NCBI GenBank assembly: GCA_013823945.1
Contig: PNMZ01000001.1
Span: 906,356-970,355 of the forward strand
Source: a bacterium
GTDB lineage: Bacteria; Armatimonadota; Fimbriimonadia; Fimbriimonadales; Fimbriimonadaceae
Direction of reading: 5' to 3'
Length of the DNA: 64,000 bases
A program made the position numbers and the translations under genes. Below are positions 56,005-64,000 of this stretch, in pieces. The notes under the pieces were generated by a model that ran no database searches, had not been told where the DNA came from, and was given only the letters and a program-made list of their open reading frames with translations. Every line of letters begins with the position of its first letter. The stretch's first letter is position 1.

Positions 56005-57630
56005 ATGACGAAGTACATTTTCGTGACGGGCGGGGTGGTTTCCTCGATTGGGAAGGGGATTACGAGCGCGAGTTTAGGGCGTATGCTTCGGAACCGCGGG
56101 TACACAGTTGCGCCGGTCAAGCTTGATCCTTATATCAATGTTGATGCGGGGACGATGAACCCTTACCAGCATGGGGAAGTATTTGTGACCGAAGACGGGA
56201 CCGAAACGGACTTGGATTTGGGGCACTATGAGCGATTTATTGATGTGAACTGTTCGAGTTCAAGCTCGATTACGACGGGTAAGGTTTATCAAAACGTCAT
56301 TGAAGCAGAACGGCGAGGTGATTATCTGGGGGGGACGGTTCAGGTTATTCCGCATGTGACAAATGAGATCAAGCGGCTTTTGATTGATGCGGGGAAGAAA
56401 GAGGAGGCGGATATTGTTCTGGCGGAGATTGGGGGAACCGTTGGGGACATTGAGTCTTTGCCTTTTTTGGAAACCATTCGTCAGGTTCGGAAGGATTTGG
56501 GGAAAGAGAACACTTTGTTTGTTCATGTAACGCTGGTGCCGACGGTTGGACCATGGAGTGAGATCAAGACTAAGCCGACTCAGCACTCGGTGATTAATTT
56601 GCGACAGATTGGGATTTCGCCGGATGTGTTGATTTGTCGATGCGAAGAAGATTTGCCCGAAGATGTGAAGGAGAAAATTTCGCTCTTTTGTGACGTTCCT
56701 CAGGAGGCGGTAATTGAAAGCCGGACGGCAGAAACGATTTATGAAGTTCCTTTGATGTATGAAGCGACGGGGCTTGGCGAACTTGTCTGTCGTCGATTGG
56801 GACTTGAGAACTTGAAGGCAGATTTGAGTGAGTGGGAGGATATTGTGAAAGTGATCAAGAATCCCACGCACGAATGTACGGTGGGAGTTGTGGGCAAATA
56901 TACGAGCAACGGGGACGCTTACAAGTCAATTGCGGAGTCGCTCGGGCACGCAGGAATTGCGAATGATTGTCGGGTGAAGATCAAGTGGATTGAGAGCGAC
57001 GTTTTTGAAGGAGCGGCAGAACCAGCATCTTTACTGGATGGTCTAGACGGAGTGGTCATTGCGCCCGGATTTGGGACTCGGGGGATTGAGGGCAAGATCG
57101 AAGCATTGCGGTATGTGCGGGAGAACGGCGTGCCATTTCTTGGAATTTGTTTGGGGATGCAGATGGCGGTGATTGAATATGCCCGAAACGTTTGTGGTAT
57201 CGCGGGGGCGGGCAGTGAGGAGTTTGAGACTCCGGATGCAAAAGTGAATGACCCGGTGATTCACTTTATTCCTGATCAAACGGGGATTACGCATAAGGGG
57301 GGAACCATGCGGCTGGGTAGTTACCCTTGCCATTTGAGCGCGGGAACTTTGGCGTTTGAGATTTACGGGGAGTCTCCTATTTATGAGCGCCATCGCCATC
57401 GGTATGAAGTGAACAACGATTACCGGGAGTTGCTGATTAAGCATGGGTTGCAGGTGAGCGGTGTATCTCCGGATTACCGTTTGGTTGAAATGGTGGAGTT
57501 ACCTGGGCATCCATTCTTTATCGCAACGCAGGCTCACCCAGAGTTCAAGAGCCGGCCAAATCGACCGTCCGCCTTGTTTGCTTCGCTCGTGGCGGCGGCT
57601 TTGGTTCGAAAATCCAAAGTTCTGGCTTAA
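56005..57630 (+). CDS. pyrG: CTP synthase
   Basis: MTKYIFVTGGVVSSIGKGI N-terminus, GICLGMQ glutaminase active-site Cys and a C-terminal H..E. ATG at 56005. Confidence 0.9.
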   Translation: MTKYIFVTGGVVSSIGKGITSASLGRMLRNRGYTVAPVKLDPYINVDAGTMNPYQHGEVFVTEDGTETDLDLGHYERFIDVNCSSSSSITTGKVYQNVIEAERRGDYLGGTVQVIPHVTNEIKRLLIDAGKKEEADIVLAEIGGTVGDIESLPFLETIRQVRKDLGKENTLFVHVTLVPTVGPWSEIKTKPTQHSVINLRQIGISPDVLICRCEEDLPEDVKEKISLFCDVPQEAVIESRTAETIYEVPLMYEATGLGELVCRRLGLENLKADLSEWEDIVKVIKNPTHECTVGVVGKYTSNGDAYKSIAESLGHAGIANDCRVKIKWIESDVFEGAAEPASLLDGLDGVVIAPGFGTRGIEGKIEALRYVRENGVPFLGICLGMQMAVIEYARNVCGIAGAGSEEFETPDAKVNDPVIHFIPDQTGITHKGGTMRLGSYPCHLSAGTLAFEIYGESPIYERHRHRYEVNNDYRELLIKHGLQVSGVSPDYRLVEMVELPGHPFFIATQAHPEFKSRPNRPSALFASLVAAALVRKSKVLA

Positions 57631-58748
57631 AGGGATTGGCTGACCATTTGGGCGGTTTCTTCGCCGACGAGGGTGCCGATAGCCACTCCCATTCCGCCCA
57701 TGCGGACGGCGCAGAAGGTTGATGAATTGATTTGTTTGATGATGGGTTTTTTTGTTGCACCCATCCCCATGATCCCTGCCCAAGCGTAATCAATCTCGTG
57801 CGGCGTGTTGGGGAGGATTGTGGTTTTGAGGAGGGACTTCAGCTGATCTTGGATCATTTTAGTCACTTGGATTTCGGTCGTTGTTTCGCCCTCGAAATCA
57901 AGATTGCGACCGCCGCCGAAGAGTACACGGTTGTGGATGTTACGGAAATAGTAGTAGCCACGGTCGAGGTGGAATGTGCCCTGGAAGGGGAGGTTGGGGA
58001 TCGGTTTGGTGATCAGGACTTGTGCTCGTGCGGGATTTACGTCGAGATCGGGCAGGAGTTGGCGGGCGAATCCGTTTGTGCAAACAATTAACCTTTTGGT
58101 GGATATGGGTGGAGTTTGGTCGGTATGGACGGTTGCTTCGTCGAAGTGAGTGACGGTGATTTGATTGAGGATGATTATGCCTTTTGAATTGGCAAGTTGA
58201 ATTAGGGCTTGCATCATTTGGCCGGTGTTGATTTGGCCTTCGGCATGATTGAGGAAGAGCGAGTGGGTTTTTTGGAAACAAAATTGGGGGAGTTTGTTGC
58301 TGGCATCGGTAAAGGTTTCGGCGAGGTTTGTGATGGGGGCGAGAAGGGTGTTGAGGCGATCACGGTTTTGTTCGCAGATCTCGTGGGTAGGTTGATCAGC
58401 GATGAGTTCATATCCGCCAAGGGGCTGATAATCGAGGACTTGGTCAGTGACGCGGCGGCGCAATTTTTGCAGACCCAGATAACGACGGTTAACCAGCTCT
58501 TGAACTTCTTGTTCGGAGAGAACGTTGAGATCATCGAGGATTTCAGTGATTGAGCCGATGCAGGCGAATCCAGCGTTTTTGGTGCTGGCACCTGTGGGGA
58601 TGAGTCCCCTTTCGAGAACGATGATTTTGAGGTTTGGTTGGAGTTCTTTGAGAGAGATGGCGGTACTGAGGCCGACGATTCCTGAGCCGATGATGGTGAT
58701 ATCGGCGTGGTCGAAGTATGTTGATTGTTCCCAGTAGCTGAACTGCAC
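57627..58748 (-). CDS. FAD-dependent oxidoreductase (DAO family, glycine/D-amino-acid oxidase-like)
   Basis: N-terminal dinucleotide-binding ITIIGSGIVGLSTAISL. 373 aa. C-terminal region GGMGVAIG typical of ThiO/DadA-like proteins. Confidence 0.75.
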   Translation of the reverse strand: MQFSYWEQSTYFDHADITIIGSGIVGLSTAISLKELQPNLKIIVLERGLIPTGASTKNAGFACIGSITEILDDLNVLSEQEVQELVNRRYLGLQKLRRRVTDQVLDYQPLGGYELIADQPTHEICEQNRDRLNTLLAPITNLAETFTDASNKLPQFCFQKTHSLFLNHAEGQINTGQMMQALIQLANSKGIIILNQITVTHFDEATVHTDQTPPISTKRLIVCTNGFARQLLPDLDVNPARAQVLITKPIPNLPFQGTFHLDRGYYYFRNIHNRVLFGGGRNLDFEGETTTEIQVTKMIQDQLKSLLKTTILPNTPHEIDYAWAGIMGMGATKKPIIKQINSSTFCAVRMGGMGVAIGTLVGEETAQMVSQSL

Positions 58749-58869
58749 GGGATTATTTTAGTCGGTTTGAGTGGGTCTAGCGATTGAGGTTATGCCTACG
58801 GTGCGGAGGGATTGGATGGGGCGCGTTTCATAATAGGGGTCTTTCCTGCGGGGAAGGAGTGAGTTTGAG

Positions 58870-60111
58870 ATGAGCAACCGCCAATTTAGCCGAGACCCTG
58901 AAGATTTTGACCAGTATCGTCGGCGTTTGATATTAAAGTCTAAGCCAGTTGGGAAAGAGGAGCGAGCGGAGTGGTTTCAGAGTTTTTGTGACTTGATTGA
59001 AAAGGCCTTTCCGGCGCAGGAGAGTCGGGTGAATCGTCCGGGGGTGGCGCACAGGTTGTTTGCGGCGGAGATTGCGATTCCCCGGATGAAACCGGAGACG
59101 TTAGTCGGTTTTGCTAATGAGTTTGAGCAGCTCTTTTTGGAGGCAATGCCAGTGACGATGGAAGGTTGCCGAACCCATTTGTATCAGGATCGACTGGATG
59201 TGATATGGGAGGCGGTCATTGATTTGGGTGATGCTTACGTCACGCTTGGGGTGAAGCTGAGGAACGCGGATTTTGGGATGAAGGAGTTCAATAATGACGA
59301 CCGGAACGACTTCAAACGGGAGAGGGGAACATTCGAGAAAGATCGGGATGATCGGCCCCGAAAGTTTGATCGAGGTGGCGGCGGCGGATACCGTGGTGAT
59401 CGCGATGGCGGTGATCGTGGGGGTTATCGGGGTGGTGGGGATCGAGGCGGTTCAGGCGGTGGCTATCGGGGTGATCGAGACGGTGGGGATCGAGGCGGAT
59501 ATCGAGGTGGGGGGGATCGCGATCGTGGCGGTTATCAAGGAGGCGGTGATCGGGGTGGATCGGGCGGAGGATATCGAGGCGGTTCAGGCGGTGGTTATCG
59601 GAGTGATCGAGACGGTGGGGATCGAGGCGGATATCGAGGTGGGGGGGATCGCGATCGTGGCGGTTATCAAGGAGGCGGTGATCGCGGCGGTTCAGGTGGA
59701 GATTATCGGGGCGGAGATCGAGATGGAGGATACCGAGGCGGCGGAGACCGCGACAATCGCGGAGGTGGCGGAGGCTATCGCGGGGGTGGGGACGACCGTG
59801 GAGGATCTGGTGGATACCGCGGTGGTGGAGACCGAGACAATCGGGGCGGAGGTGGATACCGTGGCGGCGGAGGAGACCGAGACAATCGCGGCGGTGGCGG
59901 CGGTTTTCGCGGTGGTGGAGATCGAGATGATCGAGGCGGCGGGGGATACCGTGGGGGCTCAGGTGGCGGCGATAATCGAGGTAGTGGTGGAGGATTCCGA
60001 GGCGGCTCGGGTGGGGGCGGATTTAAGCGCGGTGGTGGCGGAGGCGGTGGCTTCAAGGGTGGCGGCGGGGGCGGGTCTAAGAAAGGCGGCCCGCCGAAGC
60101 GACGTGACTAA
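58870..60111 (+). CDS. Hypothetical protein: about 165 aa unknown globular N-domain plus a ~245 aa Gly/Arg/Tyr/Asp-rich RGG/GYR-repeat disordered tail
   Basis: Strong SD (ggaaggagtgagtttgagATG). The tail consists of repeats such as [26 protein letters not shown] and ends in a [10 protein letters not shown] basic C-terminus. Confidence 0.6.
   Translation: MSNRQFSRDPEDFDQYRRRLILKSKPVGKEERAEWFQSFCDLIEKAFPAQESRVNRPGVAHRLFAAEIAIPRMKPETLVGFANEFEQLFLEAMPVTMEGCRTHLYQDRLDVIWEAVIDLGDAYVTLGVKLRNADFGMKEFNNDDRNDFKRERGTFEKDRDDRPRKFDRGGGGGYRGDRDGGDRGGYRGGGDRGGSGGGYRGDRDGGDRGGYRGGGDRDRGGYQGGGDRGGSGGGYRGGSGGGYRSDRDGGDRGGYRGGGDRDRGGYQGGGDRGGSGGDYRGGDRDGGYRGGGDRDNRGGGGGYRGGGDDRGGSGGYRGGGDRDNRGGGGYRGGGGDRDNRGGGGGFRGGGDRDDRGGGGYRGGSGGGDNRGSGGGFRGGSGGGGFKRGGGGGGGFKGGGGGGSKKGGPPKRRD
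59449..59712 (+). repeat. Near-perfect 132 nt (44 codon) tandem duplication inside the RGG-tail coding region, embedded in about 700 nt of degenerate GGN-rich repeats (59380-60100)
   Basis: ggttcaggcggtggctatcggggtgatcgagacggtggggatcgaggcggatatcgaggtgggggggatcgcgatcgtggcggttatcaaggaggcggtgatcg recurs at 59449 and at 59581 with only 2-3 differences. Confidence 0.6.
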
Positions 60112-60120
60112 TATGTCGGG

Positions 60121-60468
60121 CTACCCTACAGTGCTTTTTCGGTAGGTTGGGTGGTTCATTTCGCGGATTTCGAGGGTCCAAGACACGGGCGAATCTGCGT
60201 ATCTTTCGATGTACTCGGAGCCGAGGGCGTAGAGTCGGTCACTTATTTCTTTGAGAGTTTCGGGATTTCTTCCTTCGAGGAGACAGGCTGTGAGGTGAAT
60301 GAATTGATTTGGAGCGCCGTTTCCGGGATTGAAGTGCTCAGCGGTTCGAGAATATGATTTGACGGAGGCGGGGTCAATTGTTTTGATTTGGCAGAATTCT
60401 TCGGTGAGAAGTTCAAGGAGGGGTTTTATAGAGATGGTGGTTGAGTGGTCGAGTTGAAGATGGGGCAC
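60121..60468 (-). CDS. 5-carboxymethyl-2-hydroxymuconate isomerase (CHMI)-family / tautomerase-superfamily protein
   Basis: N-terminal MPHLQLDHST resembles the MPHFI... start of CHMI-family proteins with a catalytic Pro1. 115 aa. Confidence 0.5.
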   Translation of the reverse strand: MPHLQLDHSTTISIKPLLELLTEEFCQIKTIDPASVKSYSRTAEHFNPGNGAPNQFIHLTACLLEGRNPETLKEISDRLYALGSEYIERYADSPVSWTLEIREMNHPTYRKSTVG

Positions 60469-60553
60469 GGAATTAGTTTATCTGCTGCTTTTTCGAAAAA
60501 GTACATACCGCTGAATCTGGTGAGCGACTCAGCGGTCATTGCATTTGGATCAA

Positions 60554-61174
60554 TTATTTGATTGTGTAGCCAACCGCCGCGAGGTCAATATCAACTTTGT
60601 TGCCAATGACGTTTTGATTGAGATCGGGGGCTAGGTTATGGTCGAGTCGGTTGAAGCTGAATTTTGTGCGGACGACGACGAGGTCACCTTTTTTGCCTGG
60701 AACCCCCCCTCGCGCGGCAAGAGCATCTGGGAGGTGGGTTGCAGTTGCTTTGACGGTGAGGTCTTTGGTAATGCCATTGAGGGTGAATTTTCCTTTCACA
60801 TCCGATTCGAAGACGCCCTTTTTGATTTCTTTGGTATTGGATAGGGAGACGATTTCAAACTCGATAGCGGGATGTTTTTGAGGATTGAGGCACCAATCGC
60901 CTTGCATGGCATCAGTCATGCCCTGGGATGCAGCTTTGACTTTTGCTGTTTCGACAGTGATTTTTCCGGTGGTTTTTTCTGGGTGAGCCGGGTCGAACTG
61001 GATATTTCCGGAGACGGCATCAGTTGTGCCAAAGATAGGTTCGAGTGGACTGTCTACAGCAAAGGTGAGTCCGTTGACTCCTTTTGGATCCTTGAAATCG
61101 TAGGGGGCGGGGGCGAAAGTGGGGGCGACCAAAGCTGATGCTGCAAGGGCAAAGAGTGCGGTTTTTGCGACCAT
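60554..61174 (-). CDS. YceI-like periplasmic (polyisoprenoid-binding) protein
   Basis: Signal peptide, then an eight-strand YceI pattern: HPAIEFEIVS, KGKFTLNGITKDLTV and the terminal lysine region. Confidence 0.75.
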   Translation of the reverse strand: MVAKTALFALAASALVAPTFAPAPYDFKDPKGVNGLTFAVDSPLEPIFGTTDAVSGNIQFDPAHPEKTTGKITVETAKVKAASQGMTDAMQGDWCLNPQKHPAIEFEIVSLSNTKEIKKGVFESDVKGKFTLNGITKDLTVKATATHLPDALAARGGVPGKKGDLVVVRTKFSFNRLDHNLAPDLNQNVIGNKVDIDLAAVGYTIK

Positions 61175-61375
61175 GACTGCGTTATATACGGCAAGTCACA
61201 AAACTTTGTTTCGATGATTGGTTTGACGACTTGGAAATTTAACGATGAGCTGAATGAGAGCGGAATTTTGCCAAAAAGTCTTTATCAAAAAGTGAGCTTA
61301 TGTTCAGGTGATATTCAGTTTGGATTTGTAGATTATTGATAACTCTCCGGCGAAAGACTTGGAGGAGACGGATCT

Positions 61376-62053
61376 ATGAAACAGAAACATTATTGGCTGA
61401 TGGCGGGGGTTGTCGTTTTGGCAACTGGATCGGGCATCAGATTAGCTCAGGCGAGTGATCATGCAGACACTCAGGAAGTTGTGAGTCGAGCGGGGACGGA
61501 TTTGACGGACGTGTACGTATTCCCAAGCCCAGAGAACGCTGACAATGTGGTTTTGGCGATGAATTTCAATCCGCTGATTCCACGTGGTGGGACGGCTCAA
61601 TTTGATACCGATGTTCTGTATCAGTTCAAGTTGGATTTGAATGCAGACGGGGTCGAGGATCGAGTGATCCAGGTGACATTTACGGGTAGCGGCGCAAACC
61701 AGCGGGTTCGCGTTGCGGGACCGATGCGACCGAATCAAGTTGGTGGGACGAATACATTGCTTCCGGTGACGTCGAATGAAGGCGCGGTCAACACGACATT
61801 CTTTGCGAGTCCGACGGTGAAGGTTTTTGCGGGATTGCGGGAAGATTCATTCTTCTTTGATTTGGAGCAGTTTTTCACGATTCTTCCAGATCGCGGAGTT
61901 CCAACTGGTTTGACACAGCCGCCGGCGAATCCGAACCAGCCGATGGCGACGAGCTGGAGACCGACGGGTCAGGCGGTGGACTTTTTATCGAATGGCGGAT
62001 TCAACGTACTTTCGATTGTGATTGAGTGCCCGAGGGCTCTCTTGGTGAACTGA
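61376..62053 (+). CDS. Secreted DUF4331-like protein
   Basis: Signal peptide, then ASDHADTQEV...DLTDVYVFPSP, matching the SDHxD / DxTDxY(A/V)FP N-terminal signature of DUF4331 proteins. Confidence 0.5.
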   Translation: MKQKHYWLMAGVVVLATGSGIRLAQASDHADTQEVVSRAGTDLTDVYVFPSPENADNVVLAMNFNPLIPRGGTAQFDTDVLYQFKLDLNADGVEDRVIQVTFTGSGANQRVRVAGPMRPNQVGGTNTLLPVTSNEGAVNTTFFASPTVKVFAGLREDSFFFDLEQFFTILPDRGVPTGLTQPPANPNQPMATSWRPTGQAVDFLSNGGFNVLSIVIECPRALLVN

Positions 62054-62054
62054 T

Positions 62055-62678
62055 ATGAAACGACAGATTCAGATTTTGGCTTGTGGATCGCTGGTTGCGG
62101 TCTCGATGGTGTCAGGTTGCGGAGGATCGAATAATTCTGGTTCTTCGGCGAATTTGGGCCGGATTGGAGTTTGGGCGACGACGAGTGTCCGCTCGGGCTC
62201 GAACTTTGTACAACAAGATCGGTTGTCGAATCCAGTTGTGAACGAGGTGTTTGCTACGTTTGCGAATGATCGGCACAGGATCAACAATTTGGCTCAGCCC
62301 AATGAGGATGTGAACAACCTAGCGAATGACATTCAGAGTTTTATGACTGGTGTTGCAGGGCGTTCCCAGGCGATCACTGATGTCGTAAAAGCGGTTTTTG
62401 CCCAGGACGTGATGGTCGTTGATTTGGGTTCGAGTGCTCAGACCGCGGCTTACCTTGGTGTCCAGACGGGCGGGGCAACGGGCAGTACGTTTGGTGGTCG
62501 TGCGCTGACGGACGACGTTGTTGATACTTCGCTCGGAGTGGTCTTTGGCGGAACGGTTCCAGCATTAGGATTGGCGCCAGATGATGGCAACCAGATACCA
62601 ACTCTGACGAGTGACAATGTTGGCCCCGGCGGTAAGCAGTTCACGAATACGTTCCCTTATCTGGGGGCACCGCGATAG
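62055..62678 (+). CDS. Hypothetical lipoprotein
   Basis: Lipobox LACGSLVAVSMVSGCGGS. Starts 2 nt after the DUF4331-like stop. Gly/Thr-rich C-terminal half. Confidence 0.45.
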   Translation: MKRQIQILACGSLVAVSMVSGCGGSNNSGSSANLGRIGVWATTSVRSGSNFVQQDRLSNPVVNEVFATFANDRHRINNLAQPNEDVNNLANDIQSFMTGVAGRSQAITDVVKAVFAQDVMVVDLGSSAQTAAYLGVQTGGATGSTFGGRALTDDVVDTSLGVVFGGTVPALGLAPDDGNQIPTLTSDNVGPGGKQFTNTFPYLGAPR

Positions 62679-62737
62679 GGCGATGTTCTCCGAGGTTGGT
62701 GATCTAGCCTCGGAGAGAGTTTTAGTGGGAATCAGAG

Positions 62738-64000
62738 ATGACGATGCGAGCAAGTGCATTTTTGGGCTTGGGATTGATCGCGGTTTTGGTCGGTTGTGGT
62801 CCGACCATTGGGCGAGAGGTGAGCAAGGGGGACGCTGAAGATTCAGATAGTGTGCGGAGTCAAGTGAGGCAAGAGATTGCATTCCACCAAGATCGGGTTA
62901 AAAATGATCCGAAGGGGGCATTGGGTTGGGTGATGTTGAGCGAGAGTTATCTGAAGTTGGCTCGTTTGACGGACGATGATGAGGCGGCAGTTGAAGGGGA
63001 AAAAGCGGCACTGGAGTCGCTGAAGATTCGCGAAGTGAACAATGCTCGGGCGGCGATGCGCGTAACGGAGGCGCGGTTGCATCAGCATCGATTTGCGGAT
63101 GCAGAGGATTCGGTGCGGATGGCGGTTCGACTCTCGGGGGGTGAAATTCAGACGATTCGACTGCTCGGTGACGTGCTTTTGGAACTGGGTAAATATGAGG
63201 AGTTCGGACGCGAAGTGCTGGATGATCCAGGTCTGAACGCTATTCCGGAGGGTAAAGCAGTTTCGGCCCGCTGGTATGAATTGAAAGGGGATTTTCACGG
63301 TGGAATTGCACTTCTGGAAGAAGCGGCGGTTCAGATTCGCCAGGGTCGGGGAACGGATGTACCGGAGATGAGTTGGTATCTGAGCCAGGCGGGGTGGATG
63401 GCTTTGAGGGGAGGCGATTTTGAACAAGCAGAAGCGGCTTTTGGTAGGGCACTCAAGTTGAATTCAGATGATCGGAAGGCCATGGCGGGGCAGGCACGAC
63501 TGGCCTTTGTGCGGCGAGAATTTGGTTCGGTGTTGGCTTGGGCAAACAAGGCGAATGCGATTGCGCCCCTGACGGACGTTTTGGGATGGAAACTGATGGC
63601 TTTGAAGGAGCTTGGGAATGAGGAAGCGGCGGAGTTGGTTTATGAAGAAATTCTGCGTTTGAACCACTTGACACCGGGAGAGCCGAAGAATGCGGGTCAT
63701 CCCCACGATCATGCGGATGGAGATCATAACCATGAGCATTCAAGTGGTCATTCTCACGATCACGATCATGAACTTGATAGTGGGAGGCATACGCATCACC
63801 GGTTGTTGGCGCGGTTACTTGCGGATTTGGGTCGGGAGTTGAAGTTTGCTCACTTGGCGGCGGAGGAGGATTTGAAATGGCGCAAAGATATTTATGCTTA
63901 CGACACGTTTGCATGGGCGACTTATCGGTATTGGCTTCTTGACTCGGAAGCAAAAGTCGAAGGAAACGTGCTATTAAAGGAGGCCCAGGCAGCGATGAGT
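62738..64000 (+). CDS. TPR-like lipoprotein with an internal His-rich metal-binding segment (partial; continues beyond the window)
   Basis: Open with no stop from the ATG at 62738 to the window end, so it is absent from the ORF track. Lipobox LGLIAVLVGCGP. TPR-like helical repeats (DFHGGIALLEEAAV..., DFEQAEAAFGRALKLNSDD). His-rich stretch GHPHDHADGDHNHEHSSGHSHDHDHELDSGRHTHH. Confidence 0.6.
   Translation, partial: MTMRASAFLGLGLIAVLVGCGPTIGREVSKGDAEDSDSVRSQVRQEIAFHQDRVKNDPKGALGWVMLSESYLKLARLTDDDEAAVEGEKAALESLKIREVNNARAAMRVTEARLHQHRFADAEDSVRMAVRLSGGEIQTIRLLGDVLLELGKYEEFGREVLDDPGLNAIPEGKAVSARWYELKGDFHGGIALLEEAAVQIRQGRGTDVPEMSWYLSQAGWMALRGGDFEQAEAAFGRALKLNSDDRKAMAGQARLAFVRREFGSVLAWANKANAIAPLTDVLGWKLMALKELGNEEAAELVYEEILRLNHLTPGEPKNAGHPHDHADGDHNHEHSSGHSHDHDHELDSGRHTHHRLLARLLADLGRELKFAHLAAEEDLKWRKDIYAYDTFAWATYRYWLLDSEAKVEGNVLLKEAQAAMS

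Noticed and set aside
58870-60111. Eukaryotic contamination, or a frameshifted DEAD-box helicase tail, suggested by the RGG/GYR composition
   Set aside because: The gene has its own strong Shine-Dalgarno and ATG and is flanked on both sides by typical bacterial genes at the same GC. The upstream gene is on the opposite strand, so the tail cannot continue a helicase.
1-64000. tRNA, rRNA or other obvious RNA genes in the intergenic regions (all under ~370 bp)
   Set aside because: No cloverleaf-compatible segments or rRNA-like conserved stretches were recognised by eye. This cannot be excluded without tRNAscan or Infernal.

Overview
This is a 64 kb chromosomal segment from a high-GC (roughly 55-58%) Gram-negative bacterium. 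Gene content is mostly housekeeping, and no rRNA, tRNA, CRISPR array, transposase or phage genes were recognised. A DUF1559 prepilin-like gene, a ribosomal L7/L12 C-terminal-domain-like membrane protein, lipid A/LPS core genes and a stand-alone FHA protein give it a PVC-superphylum (Planctomycetota/Verrucomicrobiota-like) flavour, but that placement is inference only.

Recognisable loci, in order:
- pstSCA, with no pstB or phoU in the window
- acpS, translationally coupled to a fused membrane HdrED-like Fe-S oxidoreductase
- a translationally coupled four-gene operon: two-lipoyl-domain E2 acyltransferase / class I GATase-like (peptidase C26) / biotinyl protein / HMG-CoA-lyase-like
- queA-HAD, tdk, hflX-prmC and def-fmt
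- an LPS block: rfaE domain II, two GT9 heptosyltransferases, lpxL, lpxK
- fabD-fabG-acpP-fabF followed directly by xerD
- an ECF sigma/anti-sigma pair, lemA, dnaA (no dnaN)
- a GH20 hexosaminidase with a sugar ABC importer
- a cysteine-to-sulfite module (class V desulfinase-like, cysteine dioxygenase, YeiH exporter)
- pyrG

The ORF track calls GTG and TTG as start codons and reports the most upstream start, so several gene starts were re-placed by reading the N-terminal motifs.

Strongest candidates for undescribed biology:
1. A REP-like hairpin family plus a ~125 bp direct repeat flanking an orphan secreted-protein gene (28.76-30.06 kb), with solitary copies of its core motif elsewhere in the window.
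2. A lower-GC block (about 38.5-42.3 kb) encoding a DUF1559 pseudopilin-like protein, a membrane zinc-ribbon protein with an L7/L12 C-terminal-like domain, a DUF3137-like membrane protein, LemA and a convergent FHA protein.
3. A bacterial protein with a long RGG/GYR tandem-repeat tail (58.87-60.11 kb).
4. A second GT9 heptosyltransferase with no canonical start codon; its conserved N-terminus is buried in the 3' end of its upstream paralog.
5. Tandem paralogous secreted proteins (one with a Met-rich motif) and a YceI/DUF4331-like/His-rich TPR lipoprotein cluster at the right edge.

Two real CDSs missing from the ORF track (no stop inside the window) were recovered by eye: a minus-strand gene at 1..457 and a plus-strand TPR/His-rich lipoprotein gene from 62738 to the window end.
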